DNA of 64,000 nucleotides from Nageia nagi (Eukaryota; Plantae; Pinophyta). The position numbers and the translations under genes were made by a program. This document shows, one piece after another, positions 11,700-26,200 of this stretch. The stretch spans positions 23,560,001-23,624,000 of the forward strand of contig JBITNC010000002.1 in the NCBI GenBank assembly GCA_050084985.1, given 5' to 3'. How positions within the stretch are numbered: the stretch's first letter is position 1; each line of letters begins with the position of its first letter. The notes under the pieces were generated by a model that worked only from the letters and a program-made list of their open reading frames with translations, was not told where the DNA came from and searched no databases.

Positions 11700-14600
11700 T
11701 CCTCCCCCTTGATGTTGATGGAACTTATTGATAGGCTTCTCAGCTTTAGAAATTGAGTTTTAACAACTCCTTTGGTGAACATATCTAGAATATTATCTAG
11801 GGTGTTGCAATATTTTTGTTTGATGATGTCCATCTCCACCATATCCTAGATGAAGTAATACTTCATGTCAAAGTATTTTGATCTTCTATGATGGACTGGA
11901 TTAAGTGCTAATTGGATGGCACTTTGGTTTTCATAAAATAAAATAGTAGAACCAATTTAATTCTCATTAAGTTCCTCTAGAACATTTCATAACCACAATG
12001 CTTGGGCACTAGCACTTATGATTGCAATATACTTCACTTTAGTAGATGGAAGAGCAATAATGATTTTCTTATTTGAACTCCATAAGATGAGTCCAAAACC
12101 AAGGCTAAAATAATGTTCGGATGTGGAATTTCTATAATTCAAGTTACTCCCCCAATTAGAGTTACTATAGCCACAAAGTTTTAGCTCGTCATGCTTGTAG
12201 TAGTGTAGGCAAAAGTCTAATGTGCCTTTGATGTATCCCATAATCCTCTTGCTTGCCTTCATATATTCTTCAGTAGGATCACTCATGTACCTAGACACAA
12301 GTGAAACAACATGAGCAATGTCTAGTCTAGTATTGGTAAGAAACATCAAACTCCCAACTAGCTTATAAACAAGGTTATATCAACCTTGGTTGTTCCATCA
12401 TCTATACATAATAGCTTTCCATGAGCTATTGGAGTGGGAAGCAATTTGCATTCATCCATACCATACTTCTTTCACATGTCATGAGCATATTTTGATTGAA
12501 AAAAAAAAATCTCACATTTTCTTTGAGTTAACTCCATGAGAAGGAAATAGTTCATCGGTACAAGATATTTCATCTTAAAGTATTGTATCATAGAGGCCTT
12601 GGAGTCATCATTCAATTTTTCACAATTTCCTATATAGATTAGATCACCAACATACAAGCACACAAGTAGGATTTTTTATCTTTCTTCATGATGTAGAGAG
12701 TGGCTCACTCTTGCTCATTATGAAACCATATTGATGGAAGTAACCATCAATCCTTGCATACCAAGCTCTTGAAGCTTTCTTGAGGCCATACAAGGCCTTC
12801 TTTAACTTATACATAAGATTTTCACTCCCTTCAACCTCAAATCCTTGAGGTTATTGCACATAGACCTCTTCTTCCAAATAGCCATTAAGGAATTCACTTT
12901 TGACATATATATGATTCACTAGCCAGCCATTGTAGGTAGCCATGGAAAGGACCAATCAGATTGTCTTTTGTCTTTCTATCAAAGAAAATGTTTCTACATA
13001 ATTGATGTCGTAGTGTTGGATAAAGCCATTTGGTACAATCCTTGCTTTGTGTCTCTCAATGCTTCCCTTAATATTGTATTTGATCTTATAGACCAATTTG
13101 TACCCAACATGGTTATTTCCTTTTGAAAGCTCCATAAGTTTCCAAGTATCATTTCTATTGATGGAAGAAATCTCTTTCTCCATAGCCTTCAACCATAAAT
13201 CATTAGTGCAAGCTTGATGATAATTAGATGGTTCAATCATTGTACTAGTTACCAAAGAATAGTTAACTAAATCATCTTTGGGTTCATAATTATCTTCATC
13301 ACCATACACATTTAAATTTTCAATCCTTTTTATAACTTGATCAAGTTCACTTGCTTGGCTCCTTGTCAATGTCCTTGAGAAATTTTGATCTAACATTTGG
13401 TTGGATGGGTGTGCTTGAAGTGTTCTTTTACCTTGATTTGCTTTTTATACCTTGGAAAGTGAAGATTTTTCTTTATTGGTGTGATCCAAAGGTTTCACTT
13501 TAGAGAAGTTATCTTCAATGGATTCATCATCATCAATTAGTTTTTTATGATCACATTCCCCCCTTGATCAAAACTGACATCTCTAAACACAACAAATTTA
13601 TCAATTTTTCGATTATATAATTTATATGACTTGGATTGCTCATAATAACCAATAAAAATACATGCTTGAATCTTAGGATCTAACGTTTTCCTATTTTTAT
13701 CAAAAATATGAGCATAAGCAAGACAACCAAAAAATCTAAATGCTTAGCAATAAATTTTTTCTCATACCATACCTCATAAGGTGTGATGCCATCCAAGTTT
13801 GAAGTTGGACTTCTATTCAATATGTACATGGTTATTCTTGCTGCATCAGCCCAATACATATTGCTTGAATTTTTTCTTTATAACATGCTCCTTTCCATCT
13901 CTACTATGGTTCAATTCTTCCTCTCCATTACACACTTTTATTATGGAGTATAGGAAGTTGTGAGTTGTCTCTTTATTTGATAATCCTTATAAAACTTGAG
14001 GAATTCATTGGAGCAAAATTCTCCTCCTCCATTAGTTCTTAAACACTTCACAATAGATTCAATTTACTTTTCCATATGAGTTTCAAAATTTTAAAATAGT
14101 CAAAGTTTGATCCTTGGAAATTAGAAAATAAATCCAACACATCCTTGTGTAATCATATATGAAAGTAAGAAAGTAGTAGTTCTTACCAATACTTTATGTT
14201 TGCATGGGACCATAAATATTGGAATGCACCAATTTGAGAGGATAGGAAGCTCTCCAAGCTTGGCCTCTTGGAAACTTCATTCATGAGTGCTTTCCTAAAG
14301 CACATCCTTCACACACTATCTTCTCTTCTTGAATATTGGGCAGCCCATGAACCATTTATTGAGATGTCAATAGTTTGAAACTTGGGTGGCTTAAATACTC
14401 ATATATCATATGCCAAAGCCAAATCTTGTTCTCCACAATTACATTTTCTAGTTGGATATAATCTTCTCCAAATTTGAGTGGAAATAATCTATTCTTGATC
14501 ATTAGGACTATAGTGACTAGCCTATGACCATTATTCTTATCATAGATCACATACTTTCCATCTTCAAAAATAAGCTTCTAGTTCTTCATAATTTGTTCCA

Positions 14601-15885
14601 CACTTAGCAAATTGTGTTTGAGATTATGAGTATAGTAGTTGTTATTAACCTTCTTGGTGCCTTCTTTGGTGTTGATCTCCATAGTTCCCAAGCCTTCCAC
14701 AAATAATATATTTTCATATTCAAGCTTTATCTTGGATTTGAAAGAGTAATCCATTGAAGTAAGTAATTCTTCTTTTTTGGTCATGTGATCAAAAGCACCA
14801 GTATTAAGAAATTAAGTTTCATTGAGATTCTAATTTATCTTCCCATAAGAAAAAAATAGATTGGAGGTATCATAATTGGACTCACCCTCTTCTCCATAAT
14901 TAGTCATACTTTCTCCTTATTAGGTGGCCATAGCTCTATACTCCCATTTATAGTACCCAAATTTGTTACAATAGTAATATTATTTGTTTTGCTTGTCTCT
15001 CCCTCCATTCAAACCACCTCTACCTCTTCCATGAGAAGCTCCTCTTCTTACTTTTCCTCTTCTTCTTGAAGATTGGTGCCCTCTCCCTTGTGCATTGGAA
15101 GCTTCAAACTCATCTATTGCAAAAGCCTTCTCATCATTTATTGCAAGCAATGATTGTGTAGATTCCTAGAGCCTATCCTCATGGGACATCAAGGATACAA
15201 TGAGCTAATCATAAGTGAGAGTAGACAATTATTTGTCCTCTTTAATTATGATTGCTACATGGTTTCACTTGGAAATAAGTGTTCTTAACACTTTCTTCAC
15301 TATATCGATATTTAGAACCTCTTCTCCAAATATCTTCATCTTTTCCACGCATGCTTTGACTCTCACACAATAATCTCCCACTATCTTATTGACTTGCATA
15401 TTGATATTTTCAAAATCACTTTTGAGGCTTCCTCACTTGCTTCACTTGGGGGATACCTTGATAGCTCTCTTTGAGTGCTCTCCATGCATCTTGGGATGAA
15501 TTCCATGAGGAAATTCAGGGGAAGATACTCTTATCAAAGGTAGCTTGTAGATGATAGAGTGCCAAAGAGTTATTGTTTTGAACCTCCTTCTTAGCAATTT
15601 TATCATTATCTAGAAGAGTACTTCAATATGTTGAATCATTGTATCCTTCTTCAAATACATTCAATAGCTACTTTGTTATGAGTAATGTCTGCATCTTGAT
15701 AGACCAATACTCATAATCCTCTCCATGGAAGTTTAGAATTGGTAGAGTATTATTATTTGTAGCCATATTGCTCAAACATAGTAAAAAACACTAGATCATA
15801 GTTTATTGAAAGAATAAAATAAATTCTTACAATTGTACCCACTAACTCTAACCCAATACATCTCCCTAAGGCTCTAATACCACAA

Positions 15886-16255
15886 TGAGAAGTATTCTAC
15901 TTTCATCAATCTAAAAAATAAGATCATTACATATATAGGGTTTGGACAAACCTAAAAATGGATATGATTATGCTAAATATAAACTAAATTTGCATGATCA
16001 CAACTTGTTACAATCCAATGCAAAAGCAAACTAAAATATAATAAACCTATCTTGTCATAATAGGAGACAACTAGGCAAAACATCATCCCAAAATAGTAAC
16101 AATAAGGCTGAAAATGAGGATAAAAATGATAGTATTATGCATGTTAATTTTAGCTTTCTAGGATCTATTTATAGGTACGATGCACCTAGTGCTTAGGAGG
16201 CTATGTGCAGTGCACTTAGGGTTGGGTGTGATGCACCTAGGGCATAATGTGCTTC
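15886..16255 (-). repeat. Copia-1 5' LTR (truncated)
   Basis: Direct repeat of 11262-about 11595, next to the PBS. Confidence 0.85.
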
Positions 16256-19200
16256 TCTATACTATATCTCAATCAATGATAGTGCAATATCCTACTACTT
16301 CTTACATGACCAAGCGATGGGAGAAGTACTAAGAGAAAATACATAGCCAAAAGTTGAATGATAATCATCACAAGAACCAACCTAATCAAAATTTGTATAT
16401 CCACTCAACACTAGATCACCTCTCATGTAATACACATCGAAGTGGGTTGTGCCCCTTACATATCAAAGAATCCTCTTGGTTTCCTACCAATGAGACTCAT
16501 GAGGAATCTGTACAAACCAAGAAACAAGCCCAACAATGTAGGAAATATCTGGTCAAGTATGAGTGAGATATAGAAGAATCTCAACTAACTAATGATATGA
16601 AGTAGCATCACATAGTGGTGAAGTACAAGTGGAAGTCAAAGTTACCTCACTCTAAAAAGGTGTTGGATATGCATTGCAATCCACCATCATGAATCACTAA
16701 AGAAGATCCAAGGCATATTTCCATTGAGATATAGAAATCCCTAAATTTGTCTATGTCACCTAAAAACCAAGAAAGTAATGGGCAAGTCCATGGTATTCCA
16801 TCTTAAAAGTCTCAGAGAGATACTATTGAAATTTCTGAATGTAAGAGTGGGAGATGCTCATGAGAAGAAGGCCATTAACATATAACACCAAAATAGTGGT
16901 ATTTGCTCCAAGTCTCTAGATATAGACTATAATATCAGCAGAATAATGTACAAAATCAATGGAGAGGAGAAAATCATTCATATTCTCATTCCATGCTCGA
17001 GGAGCTTGTTTGAGGCCATAGAGAGATTTTTTTAGCCTACAAACAAGTGAAGAATCCTAGATAAAAATGGTGGGTTACTCCATATAGATATCCTCATGCA
17101 AATCACCATGAAAAAAGGCCCTCTTCATATCCATATAAAATACTAACCATCCCTGAGTAGCAGCAAGAGCAAGTATAAGGAAAACTAAAATCCATCTTGG
17201 TCACACAGGAAAAGGTATTAGAGTAGTCAATCCCTTCAACATGTGAGAATCTCTTAGCAATAATAAGAGACTTATAGTTGTCAATAGAACCGTCAACTAT
17301 ATACTTGGTTTGGTACACTGATTTACACCAAACCAAATTCATCCCACAAGGAAGAGAAATAAGTTCCTAAGTATTATTCTTTAGAAAGGAATAATACTCA
17401 ACCTCTATGGCATCATCCCACTCTGGTATACCATGAGCCTCTAAAAAAGTTTGTGGATCACCTAAATGTGCCAGACCAACTAGAATGAAACTGATGGAAT
17501 AGTGGTGGGAAGGAGGGAGATCTTGGATGAAAGGTGTTACATCCTCAAGTGTAGAGCAAGCCCATTTAGGCATGTGATTACTAAAAATTAAAGAAGATGT
17601 AACATCAATAGGAGGAGGAGTAGTAACTGTAGGTGGTGGAGGTGTAGGAGGATCAATAGGTGCTATGGGAGAAACTACTTGAAGAATATCCTCCTCATGA
17701 AATACCTTAAAATATTTATCATATGAGTTAAGTAAGATCAAGGAAGGAGATGAAGGGGGGGATTAGGAAGGCAATCATCAAACTAAACATGAGAGTGGAA
17801 AATGATATCATGGGTATTAGGATCAATTAGTTGATACACCTTCATATCATAACTATAGCCAATACAGATAGAGGCTTGCTCTTCTTATCCAAGGTATTTT
17901 GCTTGATCTTTGGAATGAAATACCAAACATGAATACCAAATACTTTGAAGTGTGACACATATAGCTTATTTCCACTCCAAGCCTCTTTAGGAGTCATATG
18001 ATTAAGTGCCCGATGAGGAGTGCAATTATGGATGTAGTTCGTACAATTGATTTCATAATCCTAGAAAATAAGAGGCAAGTCTCTGGAATGCATCATACAA
18101 CTTGCCATCTCCTTAAGTATTTTCTTATTTCATTCTACAAATCCATTGTGTTATAGAGTGTGAGGGGACTTAATGCTGATGAATTATTCCATGCTTCTCA
18201 AGGGACTCTAAAAACTTTATGCTGAAGTACTCCCACCCATTGTTTGTATGATGGTTCTTGATGCAAATGGAAGATTGATTCTCAACCAAATCTTGGAAGA
18301 ATTTGAGATTAGCAAATACATCACTCTTGTACTTAATAAAATACACCCAAGAACATATTAAGAAATAATCAATAAAATTTAGTGCATACTGAGCTCCTAT
18401 GAAGGATGGGTGCAGAAAGATCATCAAGTTACTATGCATCAAATCTAAAAAAGAAGAGGCATGATGAGCTTTAACTTTGGGAAAAGGGTCTTGATATTGA
18501 TTTCCAAGGGCATAATCAGAGTAAAAACCATCATAACAAGACACCTTAGGCAAGCCAATGACCATATCATGAGAATGCAATTGCTACAAATATCTATAGT
18601 TTAGGTTCCCAAACCTCTCATACCAAAGTCTACTCATAGAATCTGCATGGGAAACCAACCTGGTACCTAAATCAGTATCATCAAAAGACCTCAAAGTGAT
18701 AGAACCTTAGGAATGGTCATCATCACCTCATGCAAGAAGTGACTATGGTTCTATCAAACTACAAATCTTAAAATCATCAAGTGTGAATAAAATAGTCTTG
18801 CCACCACCAATATTACAAATTTGATACATACAAATAAGGTTGGCAAAGAGATCAATAACCAAAAGTACATCAAGGATGCGACCAACTTCAATAGGAATGT
18901 CCCCTTTTCCCTTCACAAAATTATGAGAGAAATCACCAACTTTATTACTAGAAGTAGAAGTAGAACAAAGATATGGAAAAGACTCTTTGGATGGAGTCAT
19001 TTGATGAGAGGCACCTGAATCCATAACCCAACTCTCTAAAACAAAGTTTCCCTTCCCATGAACATTCAAAGCCTTTCTTGATGCATGAGAAGTTTTATAT
19101 TTTTACTTATTTTTGTCATATTTTATCTTTTTGTAACATTTTTCAATGACATGACCAAGCTTCCCACAATAAGAACAAGTAGGCTTCTCTTTGTTTTGGT

Positions 19201-21141
19201 TAGATTTAAATTCATGTGTTTTTGGAGGTATTTGTGGTGTAGTGGACTTAGCATTAGGTTTGGGATTACCTTTACCTTTAGATGTTGTTAATACCTTAGA
19301 TGAAGCTAAAGATGCCTTAAGAGTTGAAATTTTAGTCTCTTCCTTTGTAATATGTTTACAAACTTCTTCTAACTTAGGTATTGTGAATTTATAAACCATA
19401 GCATCCATTGTAGAGAAGAATGTAGAAGAAAATATATGGAATGTGCCTTTCAATTTTGAAAACATTAGATAAATGCATTCTTCCTCTTTCTTCTTTTTAC
19501 CACTACCAATAGTTATGTGTACAATTATTTAAATTTAGTGAGATAATCAATCATGTTGGGATGGTCATCAAGAGATAAGCAATAAGTTGAGCATCAATTT
19601 GCATGACCCTCTTTGTGTCAACTTTACTAAACAAAGATTCTAATTTATCCCATGCTTCATGTGGTGTGGTTATACTATCAAGATGAAATCAAAAGCTCTC
19701 ACTAACATTTCATTTTATTAGCCCAAATGCCTCACCAGTTACCTTTGTGAATGACCAAGTTTCATATTCTAATTTGAATGTGAATTTTTTTCTCATTTAT
19801 GAGTGTGTTTAGTCCTCTTTATGCTATTATTGTCAACATCTATGGTTTCCAAGTGTGATAATTATAATGTGTGAGAGGTTCAATTTTAAAAGGTGAGTGC
19901 TCCATCTCAAAACACCAAGAAAACCAAGGAACCAACCCAAATTTTATTCACTTTTAAAGGATCCCCTCCAAAAAACAAACTTATTGTCAAGGCTTACAAT
20001 GTAAATGGTTGAAAAGATATAGTCTCCACCTTTCTAGTGAAACAAATAACACTCTAATCCAAGACTATTTGCACAAGTTACATAATTAAAGGTAAAATAA
20101 TATGTTTGGACTCCTATTGGGCACCATCCATTTGGCTCCCTTCAAGCTCTCCATTGGCATAGATCAAAGAAATACCTAGTAGATAGATACATACCATGCA
20201 AAAAATGTAGACCATGAGGTGGAGAGATGTCACAAATGGAGAAAAAAGGTGGTTGCAGAATGGATTGTTACCATAAGAGATGCCACATAGGATGAGTAGT
20301 CCTCAAGAGCATTACGAGAGAGGTGGGAAAACATACCTGATATGTAAAAAATATGGGGATAAAAGCAAGTTGAGGAAAGCATGATGAAGAGGCAAGTGAA
20401 CACCTGTAGATGGCACATGCATAAAAGATAATGCACAAAAATGAAATTATTTATTACATGTAAGGGATGGATGTGTAAGATTGCAGAGATTAGGCATAGT
20501 GAAGAACATAGGTTAGGGACAAGAGGAAACTTGGGAACTCATCTATTTCATCCAATAGAGGGAGGAGTACAAAAATAGGTTCATAAGGCACCCTAGATCC
20601 ATCATGTGTGCTCCAAAAATTCAAAATATTTGATACAAGATAGTAAGGTGACATGCAAATTTATGATAAGTTAGGTGTTGTGCTCAGAGGGTGATTCTCC
20701 TTTATAAATGGAACAAACATGCAAGAAATCCAAACCACAAATGATGCAACTCATTGGAAACACAATCACACAAAGATCATAGAATCTCAACAAGAATCAA
20801 AGAAAGAGCTAAATATTTGAATGCTTGCAAGATATCTGAACAACTCTAAAAGCATGAAATGATTTGCATGGAAAGAAAATCAAGCCCAAGAACATAGAAA
20901 ATGCGTAACACCAAAAATCTAGAAGAATTTCAATAAACACTAATCAATATGAAATGAGAATAGAATGAAAATAAAAAGGGAAAATACAAGCTAGTGTACA
21001 AAAGCATTCCCACCATGCATGAATGGTAAAATCCACAAAATGACAAAGAAGTGGTTATCACCATAAGAAACTAGCTATAAATAATAAGACCTAGGAAATA
21101 AATAAATACTCCTAAGTGAACTTAAAACTCTAATAATAACA
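16256..21141 (-). mobile_element. Ty1/copia element (Copia-2, different family), 3'-truncated within RNase H
   Basis: gag knuckle CSYCGKLGHVIEKC, protease WVMDSGASHQM, integrase (18170-18580), RT remnants (about 16400-17400), long 5' UTR, probable 5' LTR about 20950-21141 ending TAACA. Confidence 0.88.
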
Positions 21142-23014
21142 CTTGTAGATATTTACAAAAAGAATTTGAAGCAAAAATAAGATGATATTTTTCTATTTTG
21201 TATCATTTTAATTAGGTGGGTATTTATTATTTTTTCATTTTGTGCATTCATTCAAGTGTTATTTATGGTTCTCTCAAATTATCATTTTAAATACTTATTT
21301 GCTTATAGAGGATACTAACTTCATTATATATATTTTTTTATATGATTATTTTTGTGTTGGATAGAGTATTTCAATACCTTTCCAACCATATATAACAAGG
21401 CATACTTTATTTTCATATCCTAATCAGAAATCATGATTTTATAAGATGCACTTACATAGTCCTACTCAGTATAACCATATGAAGTGTTTATCTTCTAGCT
21501 CATTTTCTATCCATCTAATCTCTTATATATTCCTGAAAATTGTTACCTTTTAATAATCATTTTAATTTAATTTATAATGGTATATAATAGTACCATACTC
21601 CTAATATATATCAACCAACTTACATCACTTTTTATTATCATATATGACTAGTTTCATCAACTTTTCATGATCCAAATTTTATCCTTTGTGTCTATCATAG
21701 AATCAAATCTTCTATTTTTGATGTTATCATCTAAAAAAAACCTAAGTAATATATACTATTGACCTATATATCCACATAAGACACCTATATATAACCCAAA
21801 AAGCTTTGTATCTACTCCTCTAACTTCAAATTAAGATTTTTAAAGATTTGTAGCTCCATTTGAAATGTATGAGTACGCTTTGGAAAGCTATATTCAAAAT
21901 ATATCCAACTATATATGATAAATCATATTTTATGTTTATTAATCTTGAAGATCATAATAATATTTATAGTACTATATTTTCATGTTGCATAACAAAAGAG
22001 TTTGTCAAAATATAGGAGCTTTAATTTATAATACTATAGTGCATATTCATCAGGCTCTTTATATATTTCAATATTACTTAGCCATTATAATTTATCAATT
22101 ATTTTATATCTTTAAATCCTTCAGTAAAAATATGAAGGTTGATGTCAAGTTCAGCAACTTGTGCCTTTGTTTTCCATGTTTGATGCATGATAACTTCAAA
22201 TTCTCCAATTTGTATTAGAGCCTCTAAAAGTTCTAATGGTTATAGTATTCCAAAATCACTATATAAAGAATGTTATTCTTTATATAAGACTTGGGTACTT
22301 TCTAACATATTAATTTGGTATCAAAGCTAGTTTGATCTAGATGGATTCAAAGATCCTATGTTGGAAACATGGTGACATACAAGAGGAGATCAACATATAA
22401 AATTATCATCATTTATTTGTAGAGTATTAAATATTTTGAATTACAAGTGATAATAAAGGAATGTAATTTCTCTTGGTTAATGGTATAATATTTTATTTAT
22501 TTAGAAGAAAGTAAGGTTGTAGAGTCACCTTACAATTATTATAAAAATGAGGGAAAAAGAAAATCTACATCCCTGTTATTTAAAGTTTAGAATAAATTGG
22601 TGAGGTTATAAAGGCTCTTTGTGCTCCTCTTTTTAACAACATATTCAACAAAAATCTAAATCAAATTTTATTGATGGATTCCTTTACATGGGTGAGCTTG
22701 GTAAATCATCCTTTTGTAGTTATAGTAAAAGAATCCATCTACTCAATATACTTCCTTCTAATAAAGTCCACCACAACACCTTCAATACCACTCCTTAGTA
22801 GATTCCCATTCAATGATTATATAGAATTTTTTAGTCCATATATGTTTATTGTTACCTATAAAATTTTTGTTTCTACATTTTAGTTAATTAATAGCCTTAT
22901 TTCTAGGAGGTTAGATCCTCCTCCACTTATGTTGTTGGGATGAATGAGTTCTTACCCTATATATTTAATTGAGTGACCATGACATAATGAGTTCCCCTTT
23001 GGAGCCATCATTTC

Positions 23015-23231
23015 TGTCAACCATGACTTTCTTTCATATCAATTTCATAAAACTGAGTACAAGATATAGAGATACAAGAAACTATTTTTGGAAGCTATTA
23101 TACATCTGTACAATATTCACGGCTACAATCATGTTTGTCCCTTGAATAAAGGGATTCCTAAATCTAAGATTTCCATAACTGGCTAATTTTGGGACTCACA
23201 CCAACAGCTAATCGTGGGACTCACGCCAACA
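23015..23231 (-). repeat. Copia-3 3' LTR
   Basis: TG...CA, direct repeat of 27684-27900; contains a 25-bp terminal tandem duplication. Confidence 0.95.
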
Positions 23232-26200
23232 CTCCCCCTCAAGTTGGTGTGTAGATATCTCTAACACCTAACTTGTCAAGTGAGTCATTGAATTTTCTGC
23301 TAGAAACTACCTTGGTAAGAATGTTAGCTAACTGATCTTTAGATTTAATAAAAGGGAACTGAATGATCTTCTCTTCTAGGTTCTATTTGATGAAATGTCT
23401 ATCTATCTCCATGTGCTTGGTGCAGTCATGTTGAATTGGGTTGTGAGATATGTTGATGGTAGCTTTATTATCATATAATAAATTCATTATAGAGTTAGGA
23501 GGAAAACTGACCTCTATTAGCAAACCTCTAAGCTAAAAAAGCTCACATAATCCTCTCACCATGCCTTAGAACTCAGCTTCAGCATTGGATAATGCTACCA
23601 CCTTCTACTTTTTACTCCTCCATGTAACTAAGTTTCCTCCCACAAATGTAAAGTGGCCTGAAGTAGACTTTCTATCCAAGATATTCCCATCCTAGTTTGC
23701 ATCCATGTAATTTAGATGAGCATTCTTGGAGAACATTAGTCCTTTTCTTGGTGATGACTTTAGATAGCAGAGAATTCAAATTACGGCACCCATATGGTCT
23801 TCACTCGGATTATGCATAAATTGGCTTACGCACTTATAGTGTAAGCAATGTCTGGATGAGTCTGAGATAAGTAAATGAGCTTCCCCACTAGTCTTTGATA
23901 CCTCACCTTATCGATTGGCACCTAGTCCGAATATTCTCCAAGCCTATGGTTCTACACAATCGATGTATCCACAGGTTTACACTTTAGTAATCCCACTTCT
24001 ATCAATAAGTCTAGTACATATTTTTGTTCAAAGAGGAATATGCCTTTTCTTGACCTCGCCACCTCTATTCCCAAAAAATACTTAAGCCCTCCCAAGTTCT
24101 TCATTTCAAATTCAGTAGACACTTATTCTCGTAGCATCAAGATCTCATCAGCATCATCCCCCGTAATTTTCATATCATCCACATAGACTATTAATGCTGT
24201 CACCTTGCTTTATTAGTGTTTTAGGAAGAGAGTATGGTTATATTTACTTTAGTGATAGCCATACTTCCTCATAGCTGAACTAAGTCGGCCAAACCATGCT
24301 CACGATGACTATTTTAGTCCATACAATGCCCTCTCCAATTTACAAACAATTTTGTTCCCAGCCAATCTTGTATGTCCTGGTGGAATATCCATGTATACCT
24401 CCTCATCAAGGTTACCATGAAGGAAAGCATTCTTCACATTGAGTTGATGTAGTGGCCAATCCAAATTTGCTGCAAGAGATAGTAAGACTCTAACAGTATT
24501 CAGTTTAGGTACTAGTGAGAAGGTTTCTGAGTAGTCTATGCCATACGTTTGGGTAAAACCCTTTACCATGAGTCTCACCTTATATCGATCAATTGATCCA
24601 TGAGCCTTGTATTTTATAGAGAACACCCATTTGCATCCCACTATTTATTTTCCTTTCGATAATGGGACCAACTTCCAGGTATTATTTTTCTTTAAGGCTT
24701 CTAGTTCTTCTTGCATTGCTTGTGCCCACTCTGGATTAGATAATGCCTCTTCAACACTACTGGGAATATGGAAAGAGGATAGTGTTTGAGTGAAAGTCTT
24801 GAATGGCTTGGACAGACCTTGAGTAGATACATAATTGGCAATTGGGTACTTGGACTTCCTTCCTTCTTCATCTAGGCTGTATCTGTTCGGTGGTTTCCCA
24901 CGATTGTGTCTAAAAGGCAACCCATAACTAGTAGGGGAATCCAAAATATTAGCATGTAAAGGAGTACTTACCTTAGGGACATTCTCAGGAGGAGGAGGGT
25001 CTTCAGGTACTAAGGAGTGAGGGAACTGAGGGTACTTTATATTTTCTACTTCTTCATTTTTAGCTTCTTCATTCCTCAAAATGACATCTTCATTTCTAGC
25101 TTCTTTAGCTTCTTCATTCCTCAATTAAACATATTCAATCTTTGGTGGTACCTCATGTGGTTCAACCTCTCTATTTCCTATTCCATGCTCACCCACGGGG
25201 GCCATCAACCAATTCATCTCTTCTACTTGAGTCTCCCCTTGAAGGGAAAAATTGGGTACCGATGAAGGATAGAAATTCTTGGACTCAAGAAATGTAACGT
25301 CCATGGTGATATAATTTCAATTGGTAGTGGGTTCATAGCACTAAAAGCCTTTTTTATGTAAACCATATCCCAAAAATAAGCACTGAATGACACATGGGTC
25401 CATTTTGGTATGCTGATTCTTATGGAGGTGGACAAAAGCAACACACCCAAAAATTCTAGGAGGAAGCATCAATATTGAAGGAAGGGGTATATGAGTAGAG
25501 AGGATTTGTAAGGGGGTTTTAAAGTGTAAAATTTTAGATGGCATATGGTTGATTAAGTACATGGCAGTAGCCATAGCATCCCCCCAATGGCAACTCAGCA
25601 CCATTGCTCCAAGGAGTAGGGCACGGGATGTTTCCAAAATATGCCAATTTTTCCTCTTGATGACACCATTTTGTTGTGGTGTGTGTGAGCATGAGTTCTC
25701 ATGGATGAGGCCATGTTGTTGGAAATAGGCTTGAAATCTTTGGTTGATGAATTCACCACCATTATCGGAATGAATAATTTTTATCTTGGAAGAGAATTGA
25801 GTCTGAACCATGGCATGAAATGCTTGAAATATGGTGAAAACTTCATCTTTGGTTTTTAGCTGATAGAGCCATGTCATTCGAGTACAATCTTTGAAAAAAA
25901 TTATAAACCAATGGTGACCAGAGGAAGTAGGTATTGGGGATGGTCCCCACACATTAGAGTGCATCAATGCAAATGGAGTAGTAGTTTTATTCAAGCTAAC
26001 TGGATAAGAAACTTGTTGGCTTTTAGCCTTGATACATGTATCACATTTAAAGTCCACATTCTACAAATGGAAAAATAAAGATAGGAGTAGATGCTGGAGA
26101 TAGCTAAATGATGGGTTCCCCAAGCACCTATGCCATAGCCAAATCTACCATTCATGGCTACTGGTTTGATGGTGCATGTGATTTGCTTTGCCTAGGTTGA

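Larger units (their letters stand above)
11262..16255 (-). mobile_element. Ty1/copia element (Copia-1), degenerate; 5' LTR truncated
   Basis: 3' LTR 11262-11699, PPT 11701-11710, RNase H/RT/IN/PR/gag remnants (LYVGDLI, RHKARIV..GF.Q), PBS TGGTATTAGAGC at 15871-15882, 5' LTR from 15886. Confidence 0.92.
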
